Of a stretch of DNA of 64,000 bases, positions 10,121 to 20,705 are shown in pieces. Both the position numbers and the translations under genes were made by a program. Source of the DNA: Pseudomonadales bacterium (lineage in GTDB: Bacteria > Patescibacteriota > Microgenomatia > UBA1400 > PJMF01); the NCBI GenBank assembly GCA_020632265.1, contig JACKFW010000001.1:140223-204222 (forward strand). The letters are read 5' to 3'. Below the pieces are notes generated by a model, which saw only the letters and a program-made list of their open reading frames with translations, ran no database searches and had not been told where the DNA came from. Positions within the stretch are counted from its first letter, which is position 1. Every line of letters starts with the position of its first letter.

Positions 10121-11794
10121 TTGCACTACACTTTAGAAATGCAATTAACAAATAAAAACCCAATAGCTTATTTTTGTGCAGAATTCGGATTCGATAGTAA
10201 ATTACCAATCTATGCAGGAGGTCTAGGCGTTTTATCTGGAGATACTATTAAACAAGCTGCTGAAGAAAATCTACCATTTGTTGGTATTGGCTTACTTTAT
10301 CGAGGTTATGGAGTGGTTCAAAATGTTTCTGATGACGGCATGCAAACTGAATCAAATTATCCTTTTGACCCCACCACAATTGGTCTAGAACACGTCTACA
10401 AAGATGAAATGCCATTATTTATTAAAGTTCATATGACTGAAGTGGATGTTTGGGTACGATGCTGGAAAAAAACATTTTCCGAAAATGTAACTTTATATTT
10501 ACTTGATACTGAAACTGATCAAAATCTTCCAAATGAAAGAAGTATTACTTCTACTCTATATAGTGGTACTCAGGAGTCACTCTTAAAGCAACAAATAATT
10601 TTAGGTATAGGCGGAGTTAAACTATTAACCACCTTAGGAATTCATCCAGTAGTTTTTCACATGAATGAAGGTCGACCTAATTTTTTGCACTGGCAATTAA
10701 TTCGAGAAATGATGGACACTCATAATATTGACTATGAAACTGCCAAAAAAACTGCAAAAGAAAAAACAGTTTATACTAACCACACCTTAGTTGCAGCAGG
10801 AAACCAAGAGTATTCTATGGACTTATTAAATATTTTTTCAAAATATTATGCTGATAAAATGGGCATTACCAACGAAACACTATTGAAAGATGGCATAGAC
10901 AAAGACCCGAAGATGTTTTCTATCACAAAAGCTGCTTTAAACACGTCCTGTAGAGCAAATGGAGTAAGCAAGGTTCATTCAGACCTTTCAAAGAAAAATT
11001 GGCCAGAATATAACTGGACAAATATTACTAATGGTGTTCACTTGGGAACATGGCAAGAAAATACCATTAAGAATTCTGAGAATAACCTCGATGAGCTTTG
11101 GAGAAACCACCAAAATCAAAAAGTTGCTTTAGAAGCATTTGTTAAAGAAAAAACTGGATATGGTTATGATCCAAACACACTGGTTATTACTTGGGCACGT
11201 AGATTGGCTGGATATAAAAGATTAGATTTAGTTTTTCAGGATATTGAAAGACTACGAAGTATATTTAAAAACTCAAAAAGACCAATCCAACTTTTGGTTT
11301 CTGGAAAGGCTCATCAGGGCGATACTTTGGGAAAGCAGTTGCTACAAAAAATTATTGGCTACATGAAGCGCGAATTGGTTGGACACGCACTATATATCCC
11401 AAATTATAATATTGAAATTGCACAAATGCTGGTAAAAGGCTCCGATGTTTGGCTTAATACTCCAACCCCCGGTCAAGAAGCCAGTGGTACTTCTGGAATG
11501 AAAGCAATTAGTAATGGAATTTTAAATTTGACAACTGCGGAAGGTTGGGCGGCCGAAGTTGATTGGAATGGTATTGGTTGGGTGCTAGATAATAATAATT
11601 TGCCAAATGATCTTTATGAAAAACTTGAAAAGGAAGTAGCACCTCTTTTTTACTCTCGCAATGAAAATAATATTCCAGTAAATTGGTTGGAAATGATGCA
11701 AAAATCAATCAAATTGGCGGAAAATTTTAGCGCCGCTAGAATGTTAAAAGAATATCGAGAAAAACTTTACCTCTATGGCAATACAAAAATTTAA
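10121..11794 (+). CDS. glgP: alpha-glucan (glycogen/maltodextrin) phosphorylase family, GT35
   Basis: N-terminal IAYFCAEFGFDSKLPIYAGGLGVLSGD signature and PLP-lysine motif EASGTSGMKA. Confidence 0.8.
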   Translation: MHYTLEMQLTNKNPIAYFCAEFGFDSKLPIYAGGLGVLSGDTIKQAAEENLPFVGIGLLYRGYGVVQNVSDDGMQTESNYPFDPTTIGLEHVYKDEMPLFIKVHMTEVDVWVRCWKKTFSENVTLYLLDTETDQNLPNERSITSTLYSGTQESLLKQQIILGIGGVKLLTTLGIHPVVFHMNEGRPNFLHWQLIREMMDTHNIDYETAKKTAKEKTVYTNHTLVAAGNQEYSMDLLNIFSKYYADKMGITNETLLKDGIDKDPKMFSITKAALNTSCRANGVSKVHSDLSKKNWPEYNWTNITNGVHLGTWQENTIKNSENNLDELWRNHQNQKVALEAFVKEKTGYGYDPNTLVITWARRLAGYKRLDLVFQDIERLRSIFKNSKRPIQLLVSGKAHQGDTLGKQLLQKIIGYMKRELVGHALYIPNYNIEIAQMLVKGSDVWLNTPTPGQEASGTSGMKAISNGILNLTTAEGWAAEVDWNGIGWVLDNNNLPNDLYEKLEKEVAPLFYSRNENNIPVNWLEMMQKSIKLAENFSAARMLKEYREKLYLYGNTKI

Positions 11795-12089
11795 AAAATA
11801 CTACTCTTTAATGACTGCTCAAAATACGCAATTATTTGATGAATTTGAAGTAATCAACAATGAATTTGCAATAAATAGTAAATCGCGCTTAATTGCTACA
11901 AAATTTCATAAAACAGGACTAGAAGTCATGGATATAATCAGATTTTGGGAACGAAAACTCTGTTCAGGAATGGAAAGAGGTAATAATAATATTTATTCGG
12001 ACAAACTAGCAGATAAATTCTGGAACGAAGTTAGAAAACGTTTTTCTCATATTGATATGGTGGGTCTTAAATCTAAAACTCTAGACTAA
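11775..12089 (+). CDS. hypothetical protein
   Basis: ORF of 104 aa overlapping the glgP end by 20 nt. Confidence 0.35.
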   Translation: MAIQKFKKYYSLMTAQNTQLFDEFEVINNEFAINSKSRLIATKFHKTGLEVMDIIRFWERKLCSGMERGNNNIYSDKLADKFWNEVRKRFSHIDMVGLKSKTLD

Positions 12090-12116
12090 ATCACTCCAAT
12101 CAAGCTATACTTAAAT

Positions 12117-13796
12117 ATGCCTGTTTTTCTTGAAATTAGCCTCGTACTTACATTAGCAACATTTGTTTCATTTGTGATGAAGTTTTTAAAACAACCCTTG
12201 ATTGTTGGTTATATTTTGACCGGAATTATTGCTGGGCCTTATGCGCTTAATATTTTACATTCTCATGAAACTTTGGAACTTTTTTCCAAACTAGGAATTA
12301 CAATATTACTTTTCATCATTGGAATTCATTTGAGTCCAAAAGTTATCAAAGATTTGGGAACTACCTCTCTTTTAGTAGGGGTTGGACAAATATTTTTTAC
12401 TTCTTTAATTGGATTTTTAATTGCTCTATTTTTAGGAATTGATAAAATCGCTGCAATATATGTTTCAATTGCTCTAACTCTAAGTAGTACAATAATTATT
12501 TTAAAATTAATATCAGATAAAGGTGATACTCATAAACTCTATTCAAAGCTAACCATCAGTTTATTAATAATTCAGGATGTAGTTGCAACTTTTATTTTAT
12601 TACTAGTTTCTTCATTTAGTGAATCTGTTGATTTAAATGTTGCAAATCCACTTGGATTAATGCTACTTAAAGTTGTTGGGTTAATCGTGGGTTTTTCCAT
12701 AATTCTTAAATTTATTGTTCCAAAACTATCAAAATTTGCTTCTAACAATCAGGAGTTGCTTTTTCTTTTTTCCATCTCATGGGGACTGGGAACAGCTATT
12801 GCTTTTAACCTAATGGGACTATCAATTGAAGTTGGTGCCCTAATTGCGGGAGTAGCACTTTCTTCTTCAGAATTTTCAGAGGAAATTAGTTCTAGGCTTC
12901 AACCTTTAAGAGACTTTTTTATAGTTTTGTTTTTTATTTTCTTAGGCGCCAACATGATATTAGACATTTCAATACAATCACTACTACCAATTATTGTACT
13001 ATCATTATTTGTCTTAATTGGCAACCCAATTATTTTAGTGATTATCATGAATTTACTTGGATATCACAAAAAAACTAGTTTTATGACTGGAATGGCCATT
13101 GCTCAAATAAGTGAGTTTTCGTTAATTTTAGCAACTCTAGGAATGCAAGTTGGTCATTTAAGTAAGGAAATTGTAACCTTAATTACCTTTGTTGGTCTAA
13201 TTTCAATTTCGGGATCTTCCTATTTTATTATTCATGCTGAGAAAATTTATCCATACATAATAAATCTATTAACATTTTTAGAATTTAGAAAGCATAATAT
13301 TAATAAGGAAAACAAATCCAAAAAATATGACATATTTTTGTTTGGCTTTAATAGATCGGGCAATGACCTTCTAAAGACTTTTCAAGAGATGAATTATAAA
13401 ACCGCAGTAGTTGATTATGATCCTGAAACCAAAGAAAGATTACCAAAAAAATTCAAAGGATTCTTTTTTGGAGATGCAAGTAGCATTGAATTTTTAGATA
13501 CATTATCATTTTCAAAAAGTTTATTAATAATTTCAACATTACCTGATATTGAAACAAATAAATTATTAATAAAATACGCACAAAAACATAAATTAAAAAC
13601 CGTAGTGATAATATATGCTCACACCAAAGATGAAGCGCTTTCATATTATGAAACTGGAGCAGATTACGTAGTCATGCCTCACCACATTGGAGTTAAACAC
13701 ACTGCAAATTTACTAAGGAAAACCGGAATTAATACAAATAGTTTCAAAAGAAAGAAATATCTACATCTTAAAGAATTAGAAACCTCATTTAATTAA
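12117..13796 (+). CDS. monovalent cation:proton antiporter (CPA2/Kef-type) with a C-terminal TrkA-N/RCK-like domain
   Basis: About 12 TM segments, then a Rossmann-like IFLFGFNRSGNDL segment. Confidence 0.7.
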   Translation: MPVFLEISLVLTLATFVSFVMKFLKQPLIVGYILTGIIAGPYALNILHSHETLELFSKLGITILLFIIGIHLSPKVIKDLGTTSLLVGVGQIFFTSLIGFLIALFLGIDKIAAIYVSIALTLSSTIIILKLISDKGDTHKLYSKLTISLLIIQDVVATFILLLVSSFSESVDLNVANPLGLMLLKVVGLIVGFSIILKFIVPKLSKFASNNQELLFLFSISWGLGTAIAFNLMGLSIEVGALIAGVALSSSEFSEEISSRLQPLRDFFIVLFFIFLGANMILDISIQSLLPIIVLSLFVLIGNPIILVIIMNLLGYHKKTSFMTGMAIAQISEFSLILATLGMQVGHLSKEIVTLITFVGLISISGSSYFIIHAEKIYPYIINLLTFLEFRKHNINKENKSKKYDIFLFGFNRSGNDLLKTFQEMNYKTAVVDYDPETKERLPKKFKGFFFGDASSIEFLDTLSFSKSLLIISTLPDIETNKLLIKYAQKHKLKTVVIIYAHTKDEALSYYETGADYVVMPHHIGVKHTANLLRKTGINTNSFKRKKYLHLKELETSFN

Positions 13797-14713
13797 AGTA
13801 AATCGCTTTTGATAAAATATGTCATGATTCCTAACGAAATAATTAAAGTAAAAATAATAATTCCTAAAAAGGCAAGTGGATTATGTTGAGTTGGTAAGGC
13901 TACATTCATTCCATAAAAACTAAAAATCATCGTTGGTATAGTAAGAATTGCAGTTAGCGCCGTCAGAAGTTTCATGGTTTTATTCAAATTACTATTCAAA
14001 ATTGAAGAGTGTGATTCTCTAATATTAACAATACCTTTTAAATTTGATTTACAAATAGCAACTAGTTGTTCATTATCTACTAAAAGTTCTTCTACCAAGC
14101 CCAAATCTCCTTCAAAAAGCTTAACAAATTTACCAGTCATTAATTTTTTTAAGGTAATTAATGCTGGTTCCAAACCAAATAAGAAATCATTAAAAATTGT
14201 TTCAAATCTCACGAATTTACTAATATCCTTGTTATTAATATTTTCCAAATCTGTACTTAAATTTCTAATATCTTTATGAATAGCATTCACAAGTCTTTGA
14301 TAATCTCGGTGAATTTCAAAAAACATTTGAATTAAGAATTTCGTTTTTTGAGTAGTCAAAAATTCAATTTTATTATTTATAAATCTTGTCATGAATGGTA
14401 GTTGTTCTAATGAAATTGTTATTAAAAACTTACTGGTAATAATAAATAAAATCGGAGAGGTAACTATTTTGTCTTCACTTTTGTGAGCAAATCTAGTAAA
14501 AATGTAATTATTACCTTCTTCATTTTCAATTCTAGGAACTTCAAAGGGATCTAATGCATCCAAACAAATATCTGCTTCTAAATTAAATTTTTCACTTAAA
14601 TCGATTAATTCCTTTTCAGAAGGATTTTCAACACTAATCCAAGAACCAACTTTGGGAGAATCAATTACTCTAAGAATTTTATCATTACGGTTTTTTAAGA
14701 AATAACGAATCAT
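13793..14713 (-). CDS. corA: CorA family Mg2+/Co2+ transporter
   Basis: Two C-terminal TM helices joined by the YGMN (GMN) signature. Soluble N-terminal domain. Confidence 0.8.
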   Translation of the reverse strand: MIRYFLKNRNDKILRVIDSPKVGSWISVENPSEKELIDLSEKFNLEADICLDALDPFEVPRIENEEGNNYIFTRFAHKSEDKIVTSPILFIITSKFLITISLEQLPFMTRFINNKIEFLTTQKTKFLIQMFFEIHRDYQRLVNAIHKDIRNLSTDLENINNKDISKFVRFETIFNDFLFGLEPALITLKKLMTGKFVKLFEGDLGLVEELLVDNEQLVAICKSNLKGIVNIRESHSSILNSNLNKTMKLLTALTAILTIPTMIFSFYGMNVALPTQHNPLAFLGIIIFTLIISLGIMTYFIKSDLL

Positions 14714-14909
14714 GATCTAATTATAACTTACAAAAGTGATATTTGGTTTTTTAAATATTTTTATTTAGTACTGATTGAATATATAATAACTTTCGAACTT
14801 ACGAATAAACATTCAAATTAAAAATAGCCTGACTAAATCAGAGATTTAAAGACAAACTAAAGATATACAAAATGAAATAAATTAATGCATATTAAATAAA
14901 TAATCCGAA

Positions 14910-15215
14910 TTAAATCTTTCCCAAAAAATGCATAATTAAAATTGCTAACGTAGAAATTGCAAAAATACCTACGGTTTTTATAAATAGATCAATTGCATCT
15001 TTTTTCTTTGCTTCAATAAACAATAAAAGTGGTTGATAAAAAAACAGGAATGCCATAATGGCCACAGAAAGTGTAAGTACTGATAAAACTAAAATTGGGG
15101 CAAAAAAAGTATCGGGTTTATTTCTCAATGGCTGTGTTGCAAAATTCATAACACCAACTACAAAAATGATGTATACTGAAGCGCTTAAAGCATTAATAAA
15201 AGGATTTTTGGTCAT
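14910..15215 (-). CDS. small integral membrane protein
   Basis: About 101 aa and three hydrophobic segments. Confidence 0.3.
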   Translation of the reverse strand: MTKNPFINALSASVYIIFVVGVMNFATQPLRNKPDTFFAPILVLSVLTLSVAIMAFLFFYQPLLLFIEAKKKDAIDLFIKTVGIFAISTLAILIMHFLGKI

Positions 15216-15503
15216 ATTATAGTTATATATATCAATTAAGATATATTCTCTCCATATTTTATATATAAGTCAATATTATTATATAATTTTTGCAGCCAGA
15301 CAAAGGATGAGAATTTTTCATTCAACTTTGATATAAAGCGTCACATTTCCATCATTAATTTGAAATCGTTAATATTTTTTGAAAGACTTGAAAAAACTCA
15401 GAAAATAAATGACTAAAGCTCTAGGATACTCAATCCTAGAATGTTTATGGTTTCCTTGATATATGTTACTCAATTTATTACTTGGATTTTGTATAAATAT
15501 TAT

Positions 15504-16892
15504 TTAGTAATATTCAGAAAAAGAAATAATTAAATAGGAATTATTTTTTTCAAGAATTTTATTATCAATTAAATCTTCATTTAATCTATTTAAAAGTCCA
15601 TTATTAACAATAAATACTTCGTTTGATTTTTCTTTAATTTTTTCAACCATAGTGTGGTATGGTGCCTCAGATAAATTGAGAGTAATTATATTCTTCTTTG
15701 AATAATAAATAACTGTTGGGAAAAAAGTTTCCACAACATTAATGTTTTCATATTTTCCAGCCTTTATAGAAATATCCTTTTCATCCCCATAATTGTTGTG
15801 ATTTGTATAAATTAAATTAGAAAATTGTTTAAATTGAAAAAATGCCAAAAGAAAAAATAGAATTAAAAATAAATATTCAATCACTATAAATTTTATTGGT
15901 AGCAATTTTAATAAATAGTTTGGAAGTAAGCCAATAAGTAAGGAAACCGCTGGGTATAGAGGAATCAAATGCCATATTTCAGTTTTATCTGATATAAAAA
16001 ACATTGAAAAGCCTACAAGCCATAAAAATAATACTAGAATATTTTTTCTTTGTTTTTTATTAAAGATAAATGTTACGATCGAAATGATTCCAGAAGTCAA
16101 GAAAATTTTGTACCATTTACCTATACCAATTGCTAAATAATTTGAAGCACTGATAATAGAATCAAGGGCAAATGAATTAATCTCCCCCCTTGTACCAATA
16201 GTTATAAAGTGATGATTTAAAAAATTACTATTTAAATGTTGATTGTAAACAAACCAAGGTAATAAAATAATTAAAGCAATTGAAATAGTTTTTAAATAAA
16301 TTTTAAAAGAATATTTTCTATGATTGCTATAAATTAAAAACAATACAGCAGGCAAAATACCAATTCCAACCAAAGCTTTAATTAAGAAAGAGCACGCAAA
16401 ACTTATACTTCCAAAAAATAAATTTTTCTCACCCTTTTTCAAAAGAAAGTATATTGATAATATTTGAAAAAATACTAATGGAGCGTCAAGATTTCCAGAT
16501 CTCGCCCTAAACATAAACCACATACTAGAAAGCAATACTAATGATGCAATAATTCCAGTTATTTTATTGTTCATTTTTTTTCCAACCAAGTAAACTAAAA
16601 TAACACTTCCCATACCAAGTAGAGTTGAGAGAAAGCGCACTGAAAATTCATTACTTCCAAAAAAAATGGCAGGAATTGACATTAGAATAAATCCTAGTGG
16701 TGGATGATCAATAAATATTCCTCCGTTGTATATCAATTTCAACGGATTTTTAGTTATAACTAAATTGCGTGCAACATCACCATACCAGGCCTCATCATAA
16801 CTAAATAATGGAGCATCTGAAATTTTATAAAAAAAGATGGCAATAAGAATAATAGTGACTGAAATATTTAAAGGTTTCAATAAATTTTTCAT
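15504..16892 (-). CDS. GT-C fold membrane glycosyltransferase (GT39/GT83, PMT/ArnT-like)
   Basis: YDEAWYGD motif in the first loop (the PMT/ArnT DE motif). Polytopic. Confidence 0.65.
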   Translation of the reverse strand: MKNLLKPLNISVTIILIAIFFYKISDAPLFSYDEAWYGDVARNLVITKNPLKLIYNGGIFIDHPPLGFILMSIPAIFFGSNEFSVRFLSTLLGMGSVILVYLVGKKMNNKITGIIASLVLLSSMWFMFRARSGNLDAPLVFFQILSIYFLLKKGEKNLFFGSISFACSFLIKALVGIGILPAVLFLIYSNHRKYSFKIYLKTISIALIILLPWFVYNQHLNSNFLNHHFITIGTRGEINSFALDSIISASNYLAIGIGKWYKIFLTSGIISIVTFIFNKKQRKNILVLFLWLVGFSMFFISDKTEIWHLIPLYPAVSLLIGLLPNYLLKLLPIKFIVIEYLFLILFFLLAFFQFKQFSNLIYTNHNNYGDEKDISIKAGKYENINVVETFFPTVIYYSKKNIITLNLSEAPYHTMVEKIKEKSNEVFIVNNGLLNRLNEDLIDNKILEKNNSYLIISFSEYY

Positions 16893-17008
16893 AGATATCT
16901 AGATTGTATGTTATTCAACACAAATAATAAAGAAACCAAATGAATTAATGAAAATCATATCCCTTGCATTTCCGTTTATCTTTTTCCAATTAAATTTTTC
17001 ATGTAATA

Positions 17009-17167
17009 TTAAGGGATTATCATCTGCAACTGGTAGCCATTTTTTAAATCAGGAATGTCAGCATACAGAAGACGACGAACTTCAACCTGGTATGCTTTGC
17101 TTTCAAGAAACTTTTTTATACTAAGTTGCCAATAAGAATTGGGATTGCAACCTGTACCGTGGAGAAT
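17009..17167 (-). pseudogene. remnant of a YdeN/RBBP9-like alpha/beta serine hydrolase (N-terminal fragment, no start codon)
   Basis: Minus-strand translation ILHGTGCNPNSYWQLSIKKFLESKAYQVEVRRLL resembles the ydeN N-terminus (IIHGY...NHWF.WLKK.L). It is bounded by stops and has no ATG. Confidence 0.25.
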
Positions 17168-17269
17168 TTATACATCTTTCATATCTTTTAATTGTAACAA
17201 ATATTAAATTAAATAGTTTTTATAAAATAGATAATTCAAATACATAGATATATAAAGATATATTTAAAA

Positions 17270-17301
17270 GATCCCGTATTTAGACGCTATTCGAACCTAT
17301 T
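17270..17301. repeat. 32-nt dispersed repeat (family 2), copy 1 of 3: gatcccgtatttagacgctattcgaacctatt
   Basis: Near-identical to the copies at about 21821 and 22789. Shares gatcccg...ttcgaacc with the tRNA-Gln 3' end. Confidence 0.7.
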
Positions 17302-17338
17302 ATATAAAATTGATACTGTATAATACTAAGAAATAAAT

Positions 17339-18028
17339 ATGAAAATTAGCAAATACTTGAATAGAAATAAAGCCATTGAATATGCAAGAATGTCTTGGCC
17401 CGAACTTGGATATAACTCAAGTATGGAGCCTTTCTATAGTTGGGTTATAAATTTAATTAAAAAAATTAATAACCCAAAAGAAATAAATTCAATCGTAGAA
17501 ATTGGCTTTGGAGCAGGAAGAATTTTGTATGAGTTAAGTAAACAATTTCCAAACGTTAAAATTCAAGGGCTTGAATTTTCCAGTGACATGAAAAAAATAT
17601 CCGAACAAATTTTAATTTCTAAAGATATATTTGCAATAACTGAAGATCAAAAAATAATTGGAAAAAAACTTGAAAATATTAATTTAAAAGATGGAGTGGA
17701 TATACAAAACTTGAATGAAGTAAAATCTAACCAATTTGACCTAACAGTATGTATTAATGTTCTTGATAGAATAGTAAATCCTAAAAAAGCAACTAAAGAG
17801 TTACTAAGAATAACAAAAATAGAAGGATATTGTATCATTGTTAATGCTTTCGATTATGAAGAAAAAACTCCATTAAAAATGCAAATTGACCCAATATCAT
17901 TTGAGAACTTATTAAATGATCTTAATTTCAAAATATTAACTCAAAAGAAATCAAAACTAGTTAAATCACTGCCAAAAAAACCAATCAGAATATTCAATGA
18001 ATACGGTTACGTTTTACAAAAAAAATAA
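17339..18028 (+). CDS. class I SAM-dependent methyltransferase
   Basis: Motif I VEIGFGAGRIL. About 229 aa. Confidence 0.7.
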   Translation: MKISKYLNRNKAIEYARMSWPELGYNSSMEPFYSWVINLIKKINNPKEINSIVEIGFGAGRILYELSKQFPNVKIQGLEFSSDMKKISEQILISKDIFAITEDQKIIGKKLENINLKDGVDIQNLNEVKSNQFDLTVCINVLDRIVNPKKATKELLRITKIEGYCIIVNAFDYEEKTPLKMQIDPISFENLLNDLNFKILTQKKSKLVKSLPKKPIRIFNEYGYVLQKK

Positions 18029-18031
18029 GAG

Positions 18032-19888
18032 TTAAATGCTAATATATTCATAAACTAACATTCTTTGTAAATATGCTTCAATTTTTTTATATATTTGTTG
18101 GTCAGTCTTATAACCAGTTATTTCAAAATACTGAGCCAACAATACTATTGCAATATATGCCTCTACAGAAATATTAATTTTTTTTGAGTATTTTTTCTGC
18201 AATTTATCAATAATATTTTTCCTTTTTTTAGCAACATTTTCCTTAATATTAGTTATCAGTGGAGATGCTTTCCACTGAGTTGGATATAATAAAGTATTAT
18301 CAGATCCACTAAAACTAATTTCATCTAGAATAATTTTATTTTTAATTGCCTCAAGCCTATTATTTTTCATCAAAGTTAACACACTTGGTGAGTTTGGTGT
18401 AGCAAACACTCCAAAGGTTGCATAAATAATAGCACCCCTTGATAACCAGTATAAAGACTTTTCTGTCGTTAACCTAAGTGATTGATCTGTTTCAAATTGA
18501 TTAAATAACATCAAATTAATTTCTGGAGTAATACCAACTTCCAACATATAGCTTAATGATTCATTAATATTAGCATCAGAAAAATTATTTTTACTCAATC
18601 CAGATCTTACTGTTGAATCAAAACTTTCTACACCACAAGCAATTCGAACGAAATTTGCTTTAAATAATGCGTCTATCAACTCTTGATTGAACGAAGTAAT
18701 TCTCATTTTTCCATGCTTTGGTTGAATCAACCCATTCTTAACCATTTGACCACATAACCAAATCATTTTCTCTGGATCATTTGCTAAATCATTATTATTA
18801 AAAGAAATTACATCAGCATGTTTACCAATATCTAATAAATAGGCTAATTCTTGTTCTCTTGAGTTAAAAACTAAGTTTTTAGGAACAGCACAATATGAAC
18901 ATTTTTGACTACAACTATTATCTGACAAAACTTGAATTGAACCTGTTGCAACTCCATCAACAGAGACCGAATTGGCACTTGAATACATTTGTGGATGAAT
19001 TAAATCCAAATGGCCTTGTGGTATAAATTGATCTTTTGCCGTTTTTCTTGATTGTATGATTCTCTCTAAAATACTTTCCCAATTCTCATTAGTATATAAA
19101 TCTGGAAAATGTTTATGGGCAAATTGCCTTATACTATTTCTAGAAACATCTGTGTTATTGTGTAGGTATTTTGCCAATACTTCTAGCTCTTTAACAGCAT
19201 ATCCTGGAATGATTAAATCAACTGGTAGCACTTCATCTAAGCCTTTTCTCCCCGACATTGTTGGCAAATACTGCAAAGAATCACTGCCAATACCACCAAC
19301 AATTTTTCTTGAGTTTGGAAAAATTTTGTGTATTAACTCAAACAAACTAATATCGTTTCTTAAGTTTACTGGCAACATACTAAAACCAAAAACTACCTGA
19401 GATCCTGGTATTATAAATTCTGATATTTTTGTTAAAAGTTCAGTGGGAGAAGAAAACATATTTGGATCAATACAAAGCGTTGTTGCTTCTTGAGACTTTG
19501 CTAATAACCATTCAGATATTACCCACATACCTTCTGAAGGGACATTAGATGTCCATTCACTGTCTCCTAATAAGCCATAACTTGATATAAAAATAAACTG
19601 CACTGGATTTAAAATTAAATCATCTTTATTTAAAGAAGATGCAGTAAATTTATCAAGGCTTTTAATCTTAATATTAAAAAGCCTAACATTTTTTAATTCA
19701 GAAAATAATTGTAATAAATTAATCTTTTGCTTATCACTGATATGAACTTCATTATTTAATTGACGAACTGTAAGTACCCCATCAGTAATTGAAACTGTAA
19801 CTAAATGTACCTCACTGAAAGGTTTTTGTATATTTTCATACAGGAGATGATCTTCATATCGGCGATGATTTTCAACTGCTCTTTTCAT
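18032..19888 (-). CDS. B12-binding-domain-containing (class B-like) radical SAM protein
   Basis: CSQKCSYC = CxxxCxxC at about residue 335. N-terminal Rossmann-like region of about 300 aa. 618 aa. Confidence 0.65.
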   Translation of the reverse strand: MKRAVENHRRYEDHLLYENIQKPFSEVHLVTVSITDGVLTVRQLNNEVHISDKQKINLLQLFSELKNVRLFNIKIKSLDKFTASSLNKDDLILNPVQFIFISSYGLLGDSEWTSNVPSEGMWVISEWLLAKSQEATTLCIDPNMFSSPTELLTKISEFIIPGSQVVFGFSMLPVNLRNDISLFELIHKIFPNSRKIVGGIGSDSLQYLPTMSGRKGLDEVLPVDLIIPGYAVKELEVLAKYLHNNTDVSRNSIRQFAHKHFPDLYTNENWESILERIIQSRKTAKDQFIPQGHLDLIHPQMYSSANSVSVDGVATGSIQVLSDNSCSQKCSYCAVPKNLVFNSREQELAYLLDIGKHADVISFNNNDLANDPEKMIWLCGQMVKNGLIQPKHGKMRITSFNQELIDALFKANFVRIACGVESFDSTVRSGLSKNNFSDANINESLSYMLEVGITPEINLMLFNQFETDQSLRLTTEKSLYWLSRGAIIYATFGVFATPNSPSVLTLMKNNRLEAIKNKIILDEISFSGSDNTLLYPTQWKASPLITNIKENVAKKRKNIIDKLQKKYSKKINISVEAYIAIVLLAQYFEITGYKTDQQIYKKIEAYLQRMLVYEYISI

Positions 19889-19955
19889 ATATTTGGTTTG
19901 TTCATGTGTGTATTATATCTGTATTATATAGTATAATTATATTTTTTCAAAAAAT

Positions 19956-20666
19956 ATGTCAAAAGAATCAAGAACAATAATTAGCATCAAAGCCAAAATT
20001 GAACCTCCCTTTTTTCGAAAAGAAGACATGAGAGGCAAGAAAGGGATTACAATTGCTTTACAAAAAAGCGGTGAGCTTTCTAATATTGCTCTCATTACCT
20101 TATCACAGATCTTAAATAGAAGTATTCCAAAAGAACCTAATGATAGAAAATTTTTTGTAAAAAATGGTGACGATAATTTAGTTTTTGCTAGAAATTCAGA
20201 TATTGTTCATCTTGTTAACAGTGGCGCAGCAGATATCGCTGTTATTGGTATAGATCGACTAATTGAAGAAGGATTTGGACATTTAGTTGGAATTCAGACA
20301 CAAAATATAGATACAAATATACTAATAATAAAATGTTTAGAGACATTACAGCCATGGAGAATAGTTCTTGCAACAAAACAAAAACTACTAGACCTAAGAC
20401 AAATTAGTCAAATTGCAACAAGTTATCCAATAATAGCCCAGGTATTTTTTAACACACTTTCTCAAGATATAAATCTTATTTCAGTTAATGGAAGTACGGA
20501 AGCGATGATTAATCTCAAGTTTAACAATGCACCAATCGATGCTATCATTGATTTAACTGTATCAGGGAAAACCCTTAAAGCGAACGGGTTGATTCCTTGG
20601 AAAAATGATATACTCCATATTTACCCAGTCGTTATTGCAAATAAACAATTCTTGCAAAGTTTATAA
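19956..20666 (+). CDS. hisG: ATP phosphoribosyltransferase (HisG, short form)-like protein
   Basis: Blocks ITIALQKSGEL, DIAVIGIDRLIEEGF, IATSYPIIAQVFF and STEAMINL..APIDAIIDLTVSGKTLKANGL align to conserved HisG blocks. Confidence 0.55.
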   Translation: MSKESRTIISIKAKIEPPFFRKEDMRGKKGITIALQKSGELSNIALITLSQILNRSIPKEPNDRKFFVKNGDDNLVFARNSDIVHLVNSGAADIAVIGIDRLIEEGFGHLVGIQTQNIDTNILIIKCLETLQPWRIVLATKQKLLDLRQISQIATSYPIIAQVFFNTLSQDINLISVNGSTEAMINLKFNNAPIDAIIDLTVSGKTLKANGLIPWKNDILHIYPVVIANKQFLQSL

Positions 20667-20705
20667 AACATGATTTTTTTAGATAGTAAGTAGATCAAAA
20701 CCAGT

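Noticed and set aside
17270-17301. Family-2 32-nt repeat as a genuine truncated tRNA gene
   Set aside because: Although it contains ttcgaacc and gatcccg like a tRNA 3' end, no T-stem or acceptor pairing can be formed. It is kept as a repeat only.
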